Source: Desulfobacterales bacterium (GTDB lineage: Bacteria; Desulfobacterota; Desulfobacteria; Desulfobacterales; JAHEIW01). Taken from it: a stretch of 56,262 bases of DNA. The translations under genes were made by a program, and so were the position numbers. The stretch spans positions 1 through 56,262 of the forward strand of contig JASFEV010000001.1 of assembly GCA_050124655.1 (NCBI GenBank), written 5' to 3'. This document shows, in pieces, positions 55,235 through 56,262 of the stretch (positions are counted from its first letter, which is position 1; each line of letters starts with the position of its first letter). A model generated the notes under the pieces. It had not been told where the DNA came from. It saw nothing but the letters and a program-made list of their open reading frames with translations, and ran no database searches.

Positions 55235-56257
55235 ATGCAGCGATCATTAGCGGTGACAATTGTTGGATTCAGTATCATCATCGTATTGCTGATGGGATTT
55301 GCAGCTGCCGCCCCCGCCAAAACCATGGCTATTAAACTGGCAACGCTTGCCCCGGAAGGCAGCTCATGGATTGAAACATTTAATGCCATTGACGCCGAGA
55401 TACAGCAAAAAACCAATGGGCAGGTGCGTTTTAAGTTTTATGCCGGTGGCGTGCTGGGAGATGAAAAAGATATGCTGCGAAAAATGTATATCGGGCAGAT
55501 ACATGCTGCCGCTCTGACTTCCGCAGGCCTATCGGCGATCTTTTCCGAAATGGATGTCTTCCAGATCCCCTTTATTTTCGAGTCCCACCATGAAGTTGAT
55601 TTTGTTTTAGCCCAAATGGATGCGTTTTTTCGAAAGGGCTTCGAGAAAAACAACACTATTCTTTTAGGTTGGTCCGAAGGGGGGTTTGTACGTCTGATGT
55701 CGACCAAACCGGTGGCCACTCTCGCTGATCTGCGAAAACTCAAGGTCTGGACCTGGGAAGATGCGCCCATGACCCGCCTGATTTTTGAAGAGGCCAATGT
55801 TTCAGCCATTCCGCTATCGGTGCCGGACGTTTTAGTCGGTCTGCAAACCGGTCTGGTGGATGTGGTCTACGCCCCACCGAGCGGCGCAATATCCCTGCAA
55901 TGGTTTACCAAAACCCGCTACATCACTGATGTTAAGCTCATCTATCTCATCGGCGGTGTGGTCATCAAGAAAAAGGTGTTTGACAAACTAACACCCGCCC
56001 ACCAGAAAATCGTTATGGACGTCTGGCAGCGCCAGATGATCCGGCTGAAGCAAAAAATCCGCCGGGAAAACCAGGAAGCCATGCAGGTGATGGTCGATCA
56101 GGGAATAAAAATCATTGTCCCATCACCGGACCAGGTTGCTGAGTTTGTGAATGTATCCACAAAAGCCATCCAACGCTTGGAGGGCAAAACCTTTTCCAAA
56201 AAAATTCGGGATGAGGTCGAGGCCAACATCGAAACCTACAGAAAGAAAAATCAATGA
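55235..56257 (+). CDS. dctP: TRAP transporter substrate-binding protein (DctP family)
   Basis: Signal peptide. IKLATLAPEGSSW, FYAGGVLGDEKDM and VWTWEDAP are typical of DctP-type SBPs. A possible next ATG overlaps the stop at the window end. Confidence 0.9.
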   Translation: MQRSLAVTIVGFSIIIVLLMGFAAAAPAKTMAIKLATLAPEGSSWIETFNAIDAEIQQKTNGQVRFKFYAGGVLGDEKDMLRKMYIGQIHAAALTSAGLSAIFSEMDVFQIPFIFESHHEVDFVLAQMDAFFRKGFEKNNTILLGWSEGGFVRLMSTKPVATLADLRKLKVWTWEDAPMTRLIFEEANVSAIPLSVPDVLVGLQTGLVDVVYAPPSGAISLQWFTKTRYITDVKLIYLIGGVVIKKKVFDKLTPAHQKIVMDVWQRQMIRLKQKIRRENQEAMQVMVDQGIKIIVPSPDQVAEFVNVSTKAIQRLEGKTFSKKIRDEVEANIETYRKKNQ

Positions 56258-56262
56258 TGTCT

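Noticed and set aside
1-56262. A scan of all intergenic regions for tRNA/rRNA/tmRNA/RNase P and for common riboswitch cores.
   Set aside because: No GGTTCGAATCC-like T-arm context, rRNA-like conserved blocks or B12-box (GCCACTG) in non-coding DNA were seen. The absence is by-eye only and should be confirmed with tRNAscan-SE/Infernal.

Overview
This 56.3-kb segment looks chromosomal. Gene content suggests an anaerobic Desulfobacterota/Deltaproteobacteria-type organism, which is inference only: GcdA-type glutaconyl-CoA decarboxylase, 2-oxoacid:ferredoxin oxidoreductase, B12-binding radical SAM, Tat-signal aldo/keto reductase, HD-GYP, and a TatT/DctP TRAP system. I support about 40 CDS. In order they are: a cell-envelope operon tail (S41 peptidase, YibQ-like); a hybrid histidine kinase convergent with an FHA protein; a PgpH-like 7TM-HD protein; a translationally coupled OFOR(alpha, beta-gamma)/B12-rSAM operon convergent with an SQS-type squalene synthase; a divergent biotin carrier and gcdA; a run of peptidoglycan-related exported proteins (Sel1-trypsin fusion, PG-binding repeat protein, M23, SLT); HD-GYP; a degraded about 1-kb stretch holding a symporter fragment; two small exported or Cys-rich proteins; an MFS transporter; a class-A beta-lactamase-fold hydrolase; a large signal-peptide-bearing PEP-utilizing-type protein; panB plus an unrecognised 423-aa protein; a NapH-like membrane ferredoxin; two RND efflux systems with one TolC and no local regulator; an OYE flavoprotein; a PAS-PP2C phosphatase; an HDAC-family deacetylase; an orphan TrfA-like replication-initiator homologue; an M48-TPR protease with a lipoprotein; and a TatT/DctP TRAP locus. 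I found no rRNA, tRNA, CRISPR array, transposase, integrase or recognisable defence genes. The most unusual thing visible directly in the DNA is a family of intergenic elements built from degenerate 7-9-nt tandem units. They are arranged as long imperfect palindromes (up to about 180-200 nt). Exact 16-17-nt cores are shared between distant loci, and the elements often abut start or stop codons. The other points worth follow-up are the TrfA-like orphan, the exported permuted PEP-utilizing protein, the OFOR-rSAM-SQS neighbourhood, and the unknown protein next to panB. All family assignments come from motif recognition by eye; no database search was run.
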